A stretch of DNA of 64,000 bases, taken from the NCBI RefSeq assembly GCF_038025025.1, contig NW_027117342.1, forward strand, positions 1,612,001 through 1,676,000. The letters are read 5' to 3'. The position numbers and the translations under genes are program-made. This DNA comes from Phyllosticta citribraziliensis. Taxonomy: Eukaryota. Positions 50,451 through 61,673 of the stretch are shown here, one piece after another; within the stretch, counting starts at the first letter, position 1; each line of letters opens with the position of its first letter. Under the pieces are notes generated by a model. That model saw nothing but the letters and a program-made list of their open reading frames with translations, was not told the DNA's origin and did no database searches.

Positions 50451-52085
50451 GGTGTCTTGTGGAGCGCTAGACCTAGTGGAGGCAGACTAGCAAGGGCGAA
50501 GAGGACCAGATGTTTGAATCACGGAGAACGGATCCAGCAAGCCGTGTGGCGTTTGGCAGATGTGAAGACAAAAAGAAAGCCTCAGGCTGGGCGCATGTTC
50601 AGTCAGCTGTGGTGTCTCGGACGAGCGTGAGGGAGAAAGAGTCTCAGAGAGATGATGAAAGAAGAGGCGCGTAAATGATTTCCCAGGTGCGTCATGTAGC
50701 ACTTGGCAAAAGCAAGAAGCAGTAGCGTTGCAATGGCTGCGGCGGAGTGCGAGTGATGGCACGGAAACTTACGGTCTTGGGAACAGCGTGGGCCAAACGC
50801 GTAAAACGCGCCTCCTTTGGAGGGAGTGGGCCTTGAACGCTCGGATGCACGTTGTAGATCGAAATAGGCCCGGGTTGCTCAAGAGCGATGGAGATGGGGC
50901 TGCGAACGGAAGAGATGGCCAGGAGCTGGCCGAGCTGGGCAAAGCTTGAATCTCGAACTGTTGTAGGCTTGGAGCACACCTCACGGAGGAGAGGGCGGGC
51001 ACGTGGGTGGCTGGACAGCTCAGCTCCCGTCACGCCGAAGACGACAGGGTCCTCAGGATGTGATGGTGAGCGGAGCGAGGCAGACTCGCCGCTCGGGTAT
51101 CCAGAATGGCGTGTCTGAGCGGAGTCCAGTGGAGGCCCGGGCGGCGGTTTGGCGTTGGTTGGTGCTGAGGTGGGCGTGGTGAGGTGGAGCAAGAAAAAAG
51201 GTCACGATGGGTCCGGGTGCTGGCACACCTAGGCGAGACGAGAGGGATGATTACTCGCAAGCCGAACCGAGTGGCTCCAGCCACAGCTGCGCCACTCGCA
51301 AAAAGAGCCGGCGAGGCTGAGGCTGAGGCTGAGGCTGCGCAGGGATCACGTGCGGCAGTTCAACCCCCCCGGCCGGGCCCGGAATTGAGAGCTGGGCAGA
51401 TGCCGATGGCCAGCACACCACCTCCGTCCTCCATCGTCCCGTCATAATGGAGACTCAGGCTCTTGGTGTGGTGCAGGGAGCTGTTCGCCCGTTCCTGCAA
51501 CCAACTGCTCACCATCATGCATGCCAAAAGGGCCGATAGCGCCCAGTCTAGACCCCAGAGACCGCTCGTCAAAGACATCACCACCGCCTGCCGCCCCTCT
51601 GACTAATGCCCTGGCCACCACCACCCCGACCATCGTGTATTCATCGTCAGTGCAACGTCGAGGTGTCAAAGGCGCATCGCGCGTGCTCGTGCTTGCTGGC
51701 TGTCCAGGGTGATGTGTGATGAGCGTGCCGTGGGTGAGGCCCTGGGACAGCAGGAAGCGTGACATGACGACTTCGGCTGACTACGAAACCCTGAGTGCCC
51801 GGGGCGAGTAGGCTTATGACGTAGTCGCCATTGGTAGGCGAGACCCACCCTCCACTTCCCATTACTCCAGTCCGTGTCCCCCAGCCCAGCCCGCTGCAGT
51901 CGTCCTAAAGTCGCTTCATCCTCCAACGACCTGACCGTTGCTTGTCAACCGCTCCATCTCGTCCATCTTCATCCACTTCCACCCTCCCTTTCGATATGCT
52001 CCTCGCCCGCCTTTGATCGCCAACCTCTTGCGCTTCCCCCCATCTCATCCGCGCCGCTGTCCCTGGCAAACAAAAGACCGACATC

Positions 52086-54932
52086 ATGACCACTGCATCG
52101 CCGCACGCCACCCGTGCCTTTGACCACCACCCCCATTCCCAATCCCGTCAGCAGCGACCAACCCCATCGCGACACCCTTCCGTCAAGACGCCAGCGTCGG
52201 TCGGCCAACCGCTACCGCCGTCCCTCCGTAATGACGCCCGTTCGCCTGCCGCGCAAGACGCCCGCACCCCCAGCCCAAACTACTTTGGCCTCTCGATCGA
52301 TTCTTCCGCCGACGTCTTTTCCTCGAGCGCCGCCCACCATGCACGAGCGAATTGGAGTCCTCCCACCTCGGACGTGAGGTCTACTGCCGCCGCCTCGCCC
52401 CGTATAATACCCGTCGATCAGAATCCAGAATTCGATTCCTTCAGGAGGCAGTCGGAGAGCGCCAGGAAGTTCAACCTCGGCGGCGGCATCTCACAGTTCA
52501 GCGTCCCGAGACCCAAACTGTCCATGCATAGGTCCAACACTTCGGTGCACTCGCCCGGCCAATTAGAGTTTCCCTTTTCCACCCAGGGCAACCAAGGCCT
52601 TGCCTCCCCAAAGAGCGCCGATTCAAGCGATTCAATATCGACGCCCGAGAAGCCTCGTTCGCCAAAGCGCACCTTGTCGTCAGATTCCAACGTCTACCCG
52701 AGCCGGCCTCGAAGAACCTCGCCCGCCGGCTTTGAAGATATGAGCTCTGAGGCAGCGAGCGAGACGCCCAAGTTTGCTGGGAACCCACCATTCCCACGGC
52801 CTTCTGCTGCCAGATCTTCAGCCAGCTTCGCTCATCAACGGGCGGAGACGCTGCCCGCCAATTTTGATGACCAAAGCTCAAATCAGGATCACGGCCCGAT
52901 TCTGGTGACGCCGCAACACATCATCACCCTCTTGGACTCATCGGAAGAGGAAATACTATTGCTTGACTTGCGCGTCTCCACTCAGTATGCTATGTCCAGG
53001 ATCCGTGGCGCCCTCAACCTCTGCATTCCCACAACTCTCATAAAACGCCCTTCCTTCACTGTCGAAAAATTGGCCGAAACTTTCAAAAATGACAGCCAGC
53101 GAAGAAAGTTTGAAAAGTGGAGAAGCTGTAAATACATTGTTGTTTATGACGCAGATTCCAGGCAACTCAGGGACGCAACGTCATGCGTCAACACGCTCAA
53201 AAAGTTCACCAACGAAGGATGGGCTGGAGCATCCTACATAATACGCGGAGGCATATCCGAATTCTCTGCCAAATTCCCATCTTTTGTTCTCTCGGGCGAC
53301 TCAAGCAACAAGGGCGTAATCGCAAGAAGCAGGAAACCCGCCCTCCGTCTCGACAATATGCCCGGCCCGGCGCCAGTGATTGGTGGCTGTCCACTTCCTT
53401 CAACTCAGAACGCTGCAAATCCATTTTTCGGCAACATCCGACAGAACATGGACCTAATAGGCGGTGTTGGTCAGATGCCAGTCACATGCCCCCAAAGGAT
53501 GAATAGCGCCACTCGGCGTGAACTACCTGCGTGGTTGCGGGAAGCATCAGAGGAAAGCGACAAGGGACACAGCGTTTCCGAAAAGTTTCTGCAAATCGAA
53601 AAGCGCGAACAGAAGCGCATGCAGGAGGCTCTATCAGGAAGCGTAACTTATGGCGACCCAGGACCCGAGCAGCCCAAGGCTGTCCAGATTGCGGGTATCG
53701 AAAAAGGCACCAAGAATCGCTACAACAACATTTGGCCCTTCGAGCACACTCGGGTCAAGCTGCAAGGCGTGTCCTCCGAGGGCTGTGATTACGTCAATGC
53801 CAATCACATCAAGCCGCCTTGGACGAACAAGCGCTACATAGCAACCCAAGGTCCCATTCCGGTCACCTTTGCCGATTTCTGGAGCGTCGTCTGGCATCAA
53901 GACGTCCGAGTAGTTGTCATGTTGACTGCTGAAAAGGAAGGTGGTCAGATCAAAGCGCACAACTACTGGGAAGACGGACAGTACGGCCCATTTCGCCTCA
54001 ACTTTCACGCTGAGCACCGTGCCTCCCTCGAACTCGGAAAGATCAAGCGTCATCACGAACGCCGCTCGACCGGGCGATTTTCCTCGAGTGACTCGCCTGT
54101 TAGTCCCGCCGAACGTAAACCCCCTCGCGCCCAGACCGAAGAGAATCCCTTTACCTTCGAGACCTCCTCTACCAACAAGCCCTCGTCAAACACCGACTCA
54201 TCCGACTCTGAAAAGCCCTACGTCATTGTCCGCAAATTCACTCTCTCCAATAGCGATCTTCCATTCTCCCGCATGCGCGAAATCACCCAGCTACAGTACT
54301 CGTCCTGGCCCGACTTTGGCGCACCTGCACATCCAACCCATCTTCTCGGTCTTGTCGAGCAAACCGACGCTGTTGTGAGACAGACGTGCCAGCCTGTCAA
54401 TGCGTCGGAGGACGAGCCCGACGCTCCCTCGCAACATCCCATTCTTGTCCACTGTAGCGCGGGATGTGGGCGGACAGGCACGTTTTGCACTGTTGACAGC
54501 GTCATTGACATGCTTAAGCGGCAGCGTGCAGCGCGAAGGGCGAAGCGACATGCCAGTCCAATGGACCTCGACCGCTCACCGCCAAAGAAGCGGCAGAGCC
54601 TCTCAGGATACGGTCAATTCGACGCCGCTCCGTCTTCCGCAGGAGGACAAGGAGGCGGCAGCAATAGCAACGGAAATAGCGCGAGCAGTCATAGCAATAG
54701 CAGCGGCCGCCGCGGCTCAGGAGACTTTTTCGCACTAGGCGGAGACGGAGTCGGGACTACGGACGAAGTCGACAACGAGCACTGGCTCATGCGCGACGAC
54801 GTGGACCTGATTGAGAAGACGGTGGAGACGTTTAGGCATCAGCGGCTTAGCATGGTGCAGAGCCTGCGGCAGTTTGTCCTGTGCTACGAGAGCGTTTTGG
54901 AGTGGATTGCATCGGAAGAGCAGGGAGGATGA
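52086..54932 (+). CDS. Rhodanese-domain protein-tyrosine phosphatase (Ptp2/Ptp3/Pyp1-like MAPK phosphatase), 948 aa
   Basis: Rhodanese-like LLLDLR..SRIRGALNLCIPTTL, then the PTP motifs KNRYNNIWPF, YIATQGP, WPDFG, HCSAGCGRTG and MVQSLRQF. Confidence 0.95.
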   Translation: MTTASPHATRAFDHHPHSQSRQQRPTPSRHPSVKTPASVGQPLPPSLRNDARSPAAQDARTPSPNYFGLSIDSSADVFSSSAAHHARANWSPPTSDVRSTAAASPRIIPVDQNPEFDSFRRQSESARKFNLGGGISQFSVPRPKLSMHRSNTSVHSPGQLEFPFSTQGNQGLASPKSADSSDSISTPEKPRSPKRTLSSDSNVYPSRPRRTSPAGFEDMSSEAASETPKFAGNPPFPRPSAARSSASFAHQRAETLPANFDDQSSNQDHGPILVTPQHIITLLDSSEEEILLLDLRVSTQYAMSRIRGALNLCIPTTLIKRPSFTVEKLAETFKNDSQRRKFEKWRSCKYIVVYDADSRQLRDATSCVNTLKKFTNEGWAGASYIIRGGISEFSAKFPSFVLSGDSSNKGVIARSRKPALRLDNMPGPAPVIGGCPLPSTQNAANPFFGNIRQNMDLIGGVGQMPVTCPQRMNSATRRELPAWLREASEESDKGHSVSEKFLQIEKREQKRMQEALSGSVTYGDPGPEQPKAVQIAGIEKGTKNRYNNIWPFEHTRVKLQGVSSEGCDYVNANHIKPPWTNKRYIATQGPIPVTFADFWSVVWHQDVRVVVMLTAEKEGGQIKAHNYWEDGQYGPFRLNFHAEHRASLELGKIKRHHERRSTGRFSSSDSPVSPAERKPPRAQTEENPFTFETSSTNKPSSNTDSSDSEKPYVIVRKFTLSNSDLPFSRMREITQLQYSSWPDFGAPAHPTHLLGLVEQTDAVVRQTCQPVNASEDEPDAPSQHPILVHCSAGCGRTGTFCTVDSVIDMLKRQRAARRAKRHASPMDLDRSPPKKRQSLSGYGQFDAAPSSAGGQGGGSNSNGNSASSHSNSSGRRGSGDFFALGGDGVGTTDEVDNEHWLMRDDVDLIEKTVETFRHQRLSMVQSLRQFVLCYESVLEWIASEEQGG

Positions 54933-55233
54933 CGCCCAGGAGCCGGCCGGTCCAGTGACGGCCCCTTTTGATCAAACAGTTGGAAGGGGAAGATCAGTTA
55001 AGGAGTATTGATTGGGACGCTTTTTTCTCTGTTGTCCTATCTACCTAGACTTGGGAACGGGAAAAGAGAGACGTTCGGGTGTTGTGGTCGTTGTTGTTGT
55101 CGTCACTTGTCTGGGGCGCTGTGGGGTCTGTCGGTTCGGCGCTTTCTCATTCGTCTTCTCTTCTTATTCTCTCGATTCGGCTTTCATCGGTACTCTCTCA
55201 TCATTGTCGTTGTTGTTTGTCGTTTTGGTCATT

Positions 55234-55269
<36 letters not shown>
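55234..55269 (+). repeat. (ATC)12 microsatellite
   Basis: Read directly from the sequence, in the 3' region of the phosphatase gene. Confidence 0.95.
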
Positions 55270-55470
55270 GTGCAAGGGAATTGCACATTGGTTCTTTGGA
55301 TTGGGTTGCAATGGGATGGAGGTGGAATTGGATGTCAGCAGGCATAGCAACCTACTTTTTACAGAGCAGGACAGCAGCGGTGGCAGAAGAGAGCAGAGCA
55401 AGCGAGTATGTATGTAGGTAGACAGATAGGTGGATAGGTTGGAGAGAATCACATTTGAGCGCTTCTCGTG

Positions 55471-55502
55471 CTCAGACTGTCAACACCTCAGACTGTCAAC
55501 AC
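55471..55502 (+). repeat. Perfect 16-bp tandem duplication (CTCAGACTGTCAACAC x2)
   Basis: Read directly from the sequence. Confidence 0.9.
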
Positions 55503-56236
55503 AGATCCAACCTTCTTCTGCTCACAAGACCCACTACGCGATTGCACAGCACACCAGCCCTGGCTGCGTCGCCATGACAAGAGCCTTCTCGCATATCTCT
55601 CCTATCCTCCCTCCCCAGGTACCCCTCCCAACCCATCTACGTAATCCCAGCACTACCCCACAGACCCCGAAACGACCCCAAGAGCCGCCATGACGCGCTG
55701 GTGCGTCATAGCTCAGGGCCCTGCGACGGGCATGCAGGCCCCCTGGGCATGCTCAAACAGAGACAAGGGTCAAGCAATCAATCAGACCAGTGGTGAAACG
55801 AGCCGAGTGTTCTAGAAGTTTGGGGGTGCAAAAGTTTATTTGAAGGTGACTTTTTGTCTCTGTCCTGCTCCCTGCTCATCCCGGCTGTTCCATTTGTACC
55901 AATTGAATGCTCTAGTAGGCTCCCACTCTCTCCCCCTCAAGATTCGTCAAGGTTGAATGTTGCGGCGAAGTGCCAAGGAGCAGTCATGTGTAGGTACTTG
56001 CGTACAGCTTCTAGGGAGGTTTTTGTGATTGTGTAGAGACGTGTGTAGAGACGTAAAGGGGGAATTTTTGGAATGTATAGTACATGTGAAGGCCTTGGGA
56101 GTGTCAGTCCAGCATACGCCAAGAGGGAGCATTCGTGTACCTACCCACTAAGTGAAATGGCCCAGGAGGGTGCCCGCAATGTGTGGAGGAGCGCGGAAAG
56201 TGTGTAGTGTTCCTACTGCGTGGCGATAGGAAGGTA

Positions 56237-57717
56237 CTACAACACCTGCCATTCAGACTCCGAGCCCGACTCCGAGAAGGTGGACGAGACGGAGGAGCCG
56301 ACGACGACGAAGCTGGCCTCAGAGGTGGGCGAAGTAGGAGCGGTGGCGAATTCCGTGTCGGCCTGCGAGGTTGGCTTGGGGCGCATGCGGAGATGAAAGG
56401 GGAAGGCCAGCTGCTCATCGCCTTCGTCGTCTTCATCATCTTCTCCGTCGTCTTCTCCCTCAGAAATGACATCGTTGGCGCGAGAGATGTCCTCGCTGTC
56501 GGTCGCTTCGTCCTTAGAGACGGTGCCGTTGTCGCTGGAGGAGCAATCGCCCTCTCCTTCTTCACCACTCTCAGAAATAACGTCGTTGGCGCGAGAGAAG
56601 CCTTCGCCCTCTTCTCCTTCATCATCCTCAGAAATGACATCGATGGTGGAGGAAGAGTCTTCGCTGTAAACTTCGTCGTCCTCAGAAATGGTGCCGTTGG
56701 TGCAGAGGCCTTCGCCGTCGGAAGCTCCACCCTCAGAGACGGCGCCAATGGTGCTGGAGGAGTCTTTGACCTCTCCTTCTTCATCGCCCTCAGAAATGAC
56801 CTCGTTGGCGCAGGAGAAGTCCTCGTCGTCACCTTCATCATCCTCGGAGACGGTGTTGTTGGCGCAGAAGTCTTCGCAGTCATCTTCCTCGTCCTCAGAA
56901 AAGGTTCCGTCGGTGCCGTCGTCGTCGAAGTCGATGGAATCCTCGTCACTGTGGCCGGAGAAGGCGCAAGCGATGTGGAAGTCTTCTTCAAGAGGGCGAC
57001 GGGGGCTACGATTGGGGCCAGGAAGCTGCATGATGCCAACCTGGGCTGAGAATGTGTCAGGATCGGTAAGGGTAAACTAGGTACCATGAAGGGGGTCTTA
57101 CCGAACTTGCGCTCGAAGTTCGTCTTGGAGAGATCCGTGACGAAGTTGACATGCTCCTCGCTTAGCTTGATGAACTCTGGGTTGTTTCCCAGATTGTGCC
57201 TCTCGAAGGCGGTGACACAGTAATGGAGAATGTCTCCCTTGATGGCCGACAACTCCGTAGTGGCCCAGGTCTGCGTCCAGAGAAAACGGATGGTCGCGCA
57301 GAGGTCGGATGGCGGCGATGGATAGTCGGCTGCATAGCTGACTTTGCGGAGCAGGGCCACATGGGCTTCGTGGTAGAGCTCTTCGTAGTCGACCTTGTAG
57401 CCGAGGGCAAAGACGTGCGCCGTCAGGAGCAGCGACACATCGTCCTGGGACCAGGGCCAGCCGATGTTCTTGGTGTAGATGAAGCGGACGAGGCCAATGC
57501 CAGCAGCGACGGAAGGCACATCGATGTCGGCGGCAGGAGTTCTGTTCGCAGCGCTCTCGAAGGCAAAGTTGAGCAGCGAGCCCTGGCAAATGACTTGGGG
57601 AAAGTTCAACTTCTGGAGGACATGGTGCGAGCCGTCGGGCAAGTTGAGAAATAAGCGAACTTGGCCGACAGGCTTCCTGTCGAGGAAGCTCATGTCAGAC
57701 TCAATAGCGGCCGCCAT
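56237..57717 (-). CDS. BTB/POZ-like domain protein with acidic tandem repeats (exons 57717-57102, 57045-56237)
   Basis: LVRFIYT..LLLTAHVFALGYKVDYEEL..LCATIRFLW resembles fungal BTB-like proteins. A 56-nt GTAAGA..CTGAC..CAG intron joins it to the D/E/S-rich ORF. Confidence 0.78.
56420..56945 (-). repeat. Coding tandem repeats (ANDVISEDDEGEEGEDFS-like units)
   Basis: CCTCAGAAATGAC / CTCAGAGACGG recur about every 48-57 bp on the + strand. Confidence 0.8.
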
Positions 57718-58375
57718 CTTGGATATCGGAGTCGGTTGGGGTGTTGGATGCGTTCCAGGTGCAGGTCAAGGCGGTTGTGGGCGAAGTCCTTCGAATGGTG
57801 CAGCGGAGAGTAGAATTGCGATCTGATGGAAGATTCGGGTCTGCGAGGCACGATCTGAGTCCGGGCAGTCAACGGCGTTCAAGGGGCACGGGTCGCGCTC
57901 AAGGTCCAGTCATCGCAGCAGTTGGACCTCATTCAGCCTTACGGGACTGGTCGCTGTGCCCTTGACTGATTGGCGTGGAACGGATAGCGCCAGGCGGTCC
58001 ATGTTTCTGCACGAGAAAACTGGCGGCGCGTTGCACTGCCGGCGCGGGTTCTGGGCGAGGTGACTTCTTTTGACCATTTTGGACCAAGACGAGAGGACGG
58101 CATGCCGTGGTGTTGAGGGTTGGATGTTGGATGCATGGAGGTTGCGCACGGCTGGGGAAGTCTAAAGTAACATGGCATGCCTGGTCTGTGTGCCTGAGGT
58201 ATGCCTGAGGGATGCCTGTGCCGGCACCGCGAGTCGACGGCCTGCGGTGGCTTCCCTGCCAGCCCTTGGTTGCCTTCCGCCCTTCCTTCCACCTGCATGG
58301 ATTGATTGTTTAAACCCCCATCGTCTCCTCTCCTGACAATTGTGTCCTCCAACCTCCAGTCGCCTCTCATACACC

Positions 58376-58822
58376 ATGGTCTGGCTGTCGATTCTGCCCG
58401 AGCAGCTCAGCGCCTTTGAGGCCTGGGTGGCCCGCTTCTTCGTACGCCTCCCGCCGCGCCGCCGGAGCTCCCACCAGTCGCATTCAGCTCTAGGCCCCTC
58501 ATGTGCTCTACTGACCGTCGCACAGATCTTCCTCAGCGCCATCACCATCGGCCCTTGGGCTTTTCTCATCGTATACGACCTCATTCTCTACCTTGTCCGC
58601 ACCATATTGTACGAGCTGCCTGCCATTGGCGGCAGAGCCCGCGGCAAGAGACGACCTCGCGCCCCCAGCTTGACAGAACGTCCCAGCGGAAACAAACGTC
58701 ATTTCAACTTTGTCCGTCCAAATCCTTCTGCAGACGAAGACTCGGCCTACGCTTCTGGACAGTCATTTGAGGATCCCCGTCAAATAAAAACACAAAATCG
58801 GAGCTTGGAACAAGAGACTTGA
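58376..58822 (+). CDS. Small membrane protein (probable intron 58442-58525)
   Basis: CACCATGG start, a hydrophobic segment IFLSAITIGPWAFLIVYDLILYLVR, and a basic tail GGRARGKRRPRAPSL. The intron has GTACGC..CTGAC..CAG signals. Confidence 0.8.
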   Translation: MVWLSILPEQLSAFEAWVARFFVRLPPRRRSSHQSHSALGPSCALLTVAQIFLSAITIGPWAFLIVYDLILYLVRTILYELPAIGGRARGKRRPRAPSLTERPSGNKRHFNFVRPNPSADEDSAYASGQSFEDPRQIKTQNRSLEQET

Positions 58823-60037
58823 CACGATTGCCTGGCATCCAATTGCTTGACCGGCGTTGGGACATCTTTTCAATGGGAATCGAGCACGTAAACAAACACA
58901 GTCTTGAAACAGTTGCGCAACGAATTGCCCGACTACAATGCGGATCATTGGCATCTACGGTCCGCTAGCGCTGGCGATTCTCTCGGAAGCGTTGATGGCA
59001 CCAGCTTCTCCAAGTGATTACAGTCGGAAAGAAGCAAGCGTTTTCCATGTTTATCAAACTCTCCTTTTTCACTATCGCCCCAAGAATGAGCCTGGGATTT
59101 GATTTCGACCCCGCGCTTTTCCAGATGACACGAAGTCGTCGGCTCCCAGTGAATAGTATTTTCCCACTCAATGAATTCACCATTTCTTCCAGATTCGAGA
59201 TTCGAGATCCACCCGGCTTTGAACTTGCACGGATCGGCCCGCCTTAACGGTCTCCAAAGGAAGCACTGCAGACACGGAAGTGGACCACTGCTCGACCGGT
59301 CGCCGTGCCGTGCCAAGGTTTCAACGCTGCTGCCGTTAGTTGAGACCGCGAATATCTTGCATCCAAAGGATTCGGAAACCAAACCACCGCGCAACGGCGT
59401 AGCTAATAGAGAGCCGCAGCCGATCAGATATATCAACAAGTGGACCTGGCTTGCATTCGGTCGCCTCGTCTTGCCCTGTAATGCATGTGCAGCGAATAGC
59501 CTTGCTCGGTCCGGTTTACTTATCCGGAAAGGGCAAGTGCATCCTGCTCCTGTCAGTCGTCACGACATCTCTCCGCATGTCTATCGGAAGGGCGGGAGCG
59601 GGAGCGGCTGTGGAGCACCGAGCAAAAGTGGATGAAGAGTCATGCTCAGACTTTCTGCCCTTCAAATACCGCGAATTGGGCCAGTCTTCGAGAGCTTATT
59701 TTCCAAGGCGCCATTTGAGTTACCACCCTGGCGAGGCGAAGCTTTCTGGAACTTTTCGTCGCGATACTTACCGCCTAATCCAGCAACGTTAAAGCGGAAT
59801 TCAGATCACCGTAACGGAGTTGATTTGGTTGTTCCTGCAAGCGAAAGGACAGGTGATTTGAACCATCATTTGTCGTATACTGACCTCGGCTCACATCTGG
59901 AGGCACCTGTGGAAATCGTCGTTTTCCGGGGAAAAATTAGCTTTGTTGGACGTCTCTTGATCGAACCCGAGGTCGAATATTGAACCCATCGACTTACTTC
60001 CTGCTTCTTTCGAATCTCCAATCCACTGTCCAAGATA

Positions 60038-61273
60038 ATGGATATTCTCAACATATCAAACTTTTCGGCCGTTTGCTTGCTACTATCTGCAGCAATCCTA
60101 ATGGTTTACAAGTTCGTGGCTCTCAAAAAGCAGTCCAAGGTAGGGGTCCTGTCGTTCGTGACTAGAACCTTCCAACATTTGTTTACGCAACCCCCAGAAC
60201 ATAAAGTCAACCAAGTCTTCGAGAGACGACAAGCTCACCGTCGAGGACCCCAACAGTGTCTTCTCCGACATCGCTCCCATCAATGGGTTCAACTGGCGGG
60301 AAACAAAGCCCCAGCAACTGCGTCCTTTCAAGCAAATATACCACTTGACCATGGGTGAGTATATAGATCCCTGGATTGAAGTTTGTTCTAAGTCTTCATA
60401 GCCATCGAGAACATACCCCTCTCCGACTTGATCGCCATGGACGACACGTATTTGGAGCAGCTTAACCTACGACGGAAGTTGATCAAAGAGCAAGGGCAAA
60501 ATGTGATTGCGGCCAACAGCTGCATCGCTCCGGCCATCAATGAGCACTATACCTGGTTGACGGGTACATATCTTCCGCAACGATTTCCAACCATGTTCAA
60601 AATTTCCGGAGACAAGACAGTCCTCCACAACCTCGCAACACACGAAGATATCCCACTTCAACCCTCCTCAGACATTGAAGAGAGCCTTCGTATCTTGTCG
60701 AGCAACGTCGACACGGAATTCTACTTCCTACGACACTCTCCAGACCGTGACAACAAGTACGTCCTCGAGGCATACTCGAGCTGCTCTCCCTCGTTCGATC
60801 AACCATCCAAGTTGAACTGCAAACTGGCCGAAATCCACATTCCCAATGTACCTGGATATGCTGCCAAACTTGAATTGAGCATGGACAGGTTTTTCGCCAA
60901 AATGCCAGTGGGCCGAGTAGTGAAAAGACACAACTGGAGCATCAATACGACTGGCACCTTTTTCAATATGGACACTATGCACATGTACGAGGGCCAGAAG
61001 ACGGTGAAGCTGAAGATGGAGGACTTCGATCCGGATCGCTTCAAGATGCGCTGTGAGAGGCAGACCTTGCATCGGCTGCTGGAGAACCAGGACGTCATTG
61101 TCTTTTCATTCAAGACGTATCAATATCCTTTAAGGCAGCTTAAAGAAGAGGGAGCTGGAGAAGATCTTGCCACGGCAATCGAAGGCTTGTCTAAAGGCAA
61201 TGTGCCGCAGATGGCGTGGTACAAGCGCGCTGTGATTTGGGAAGATGTTATCAAGGAATACTTGAGATCGTAG
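60038..61273 (+). CDS. DUF3445 / heme-dependent oxidative N-demethylase alpha-like (HRQ family) protein, 3 exons
   Basis: Spliced product reads FNWRETKPQQLRPFKQIYHLTM, YLPQRFPTMF, IHIPNVPGY, VKRHNWSI and RCERQTLHRL. Introns are 60140-60197 and 60355-60401. The N-terminus has a hydrophobic anchor. Confidence 0.88.
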
Positions 61274-61673
61274 GCCAGAAGACTTCCCGGAGTCGAATTT
61301 TTCCCCTTCTGTGCACAATCTCATTCTTACATTCGATTGTTCTACGTCTAAATAGCAGAGAGCGGCTAGATGAAATTTCAACATTGTTTTGGCAGCTCAA
61401 ACGTGTCAAGGATCGTGCGCGAGCTTGTTTTGCGAAACGTCAAGACCCCTGTCCCGATGGCGTTCGGCTGAGAGCAACCCAAGGTTCCGCTGGGGCGGAA
61501 GCGGGATGACTTCATAGCCTGGGGCCCTTCCTTTTTCCTCGGCGCCGCCCATGGAGCTTCACCACCGAACCAATCTTGGGGAGCATGACAACCACGAGCC
61601 TACCACGATAACCCGACTATCCTGATCAAATTTCCGCCCATTTTGACGCACCAACTCTACTGCTGTCCTCGCA

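Noticed and set aside
58945..59983. Several 110-165 aa ORFs between the 58376 gene and the DUF3445 gene
   Set aside because: They overlap each other on both strands with no recognisable family, so they are treated as intergenic.
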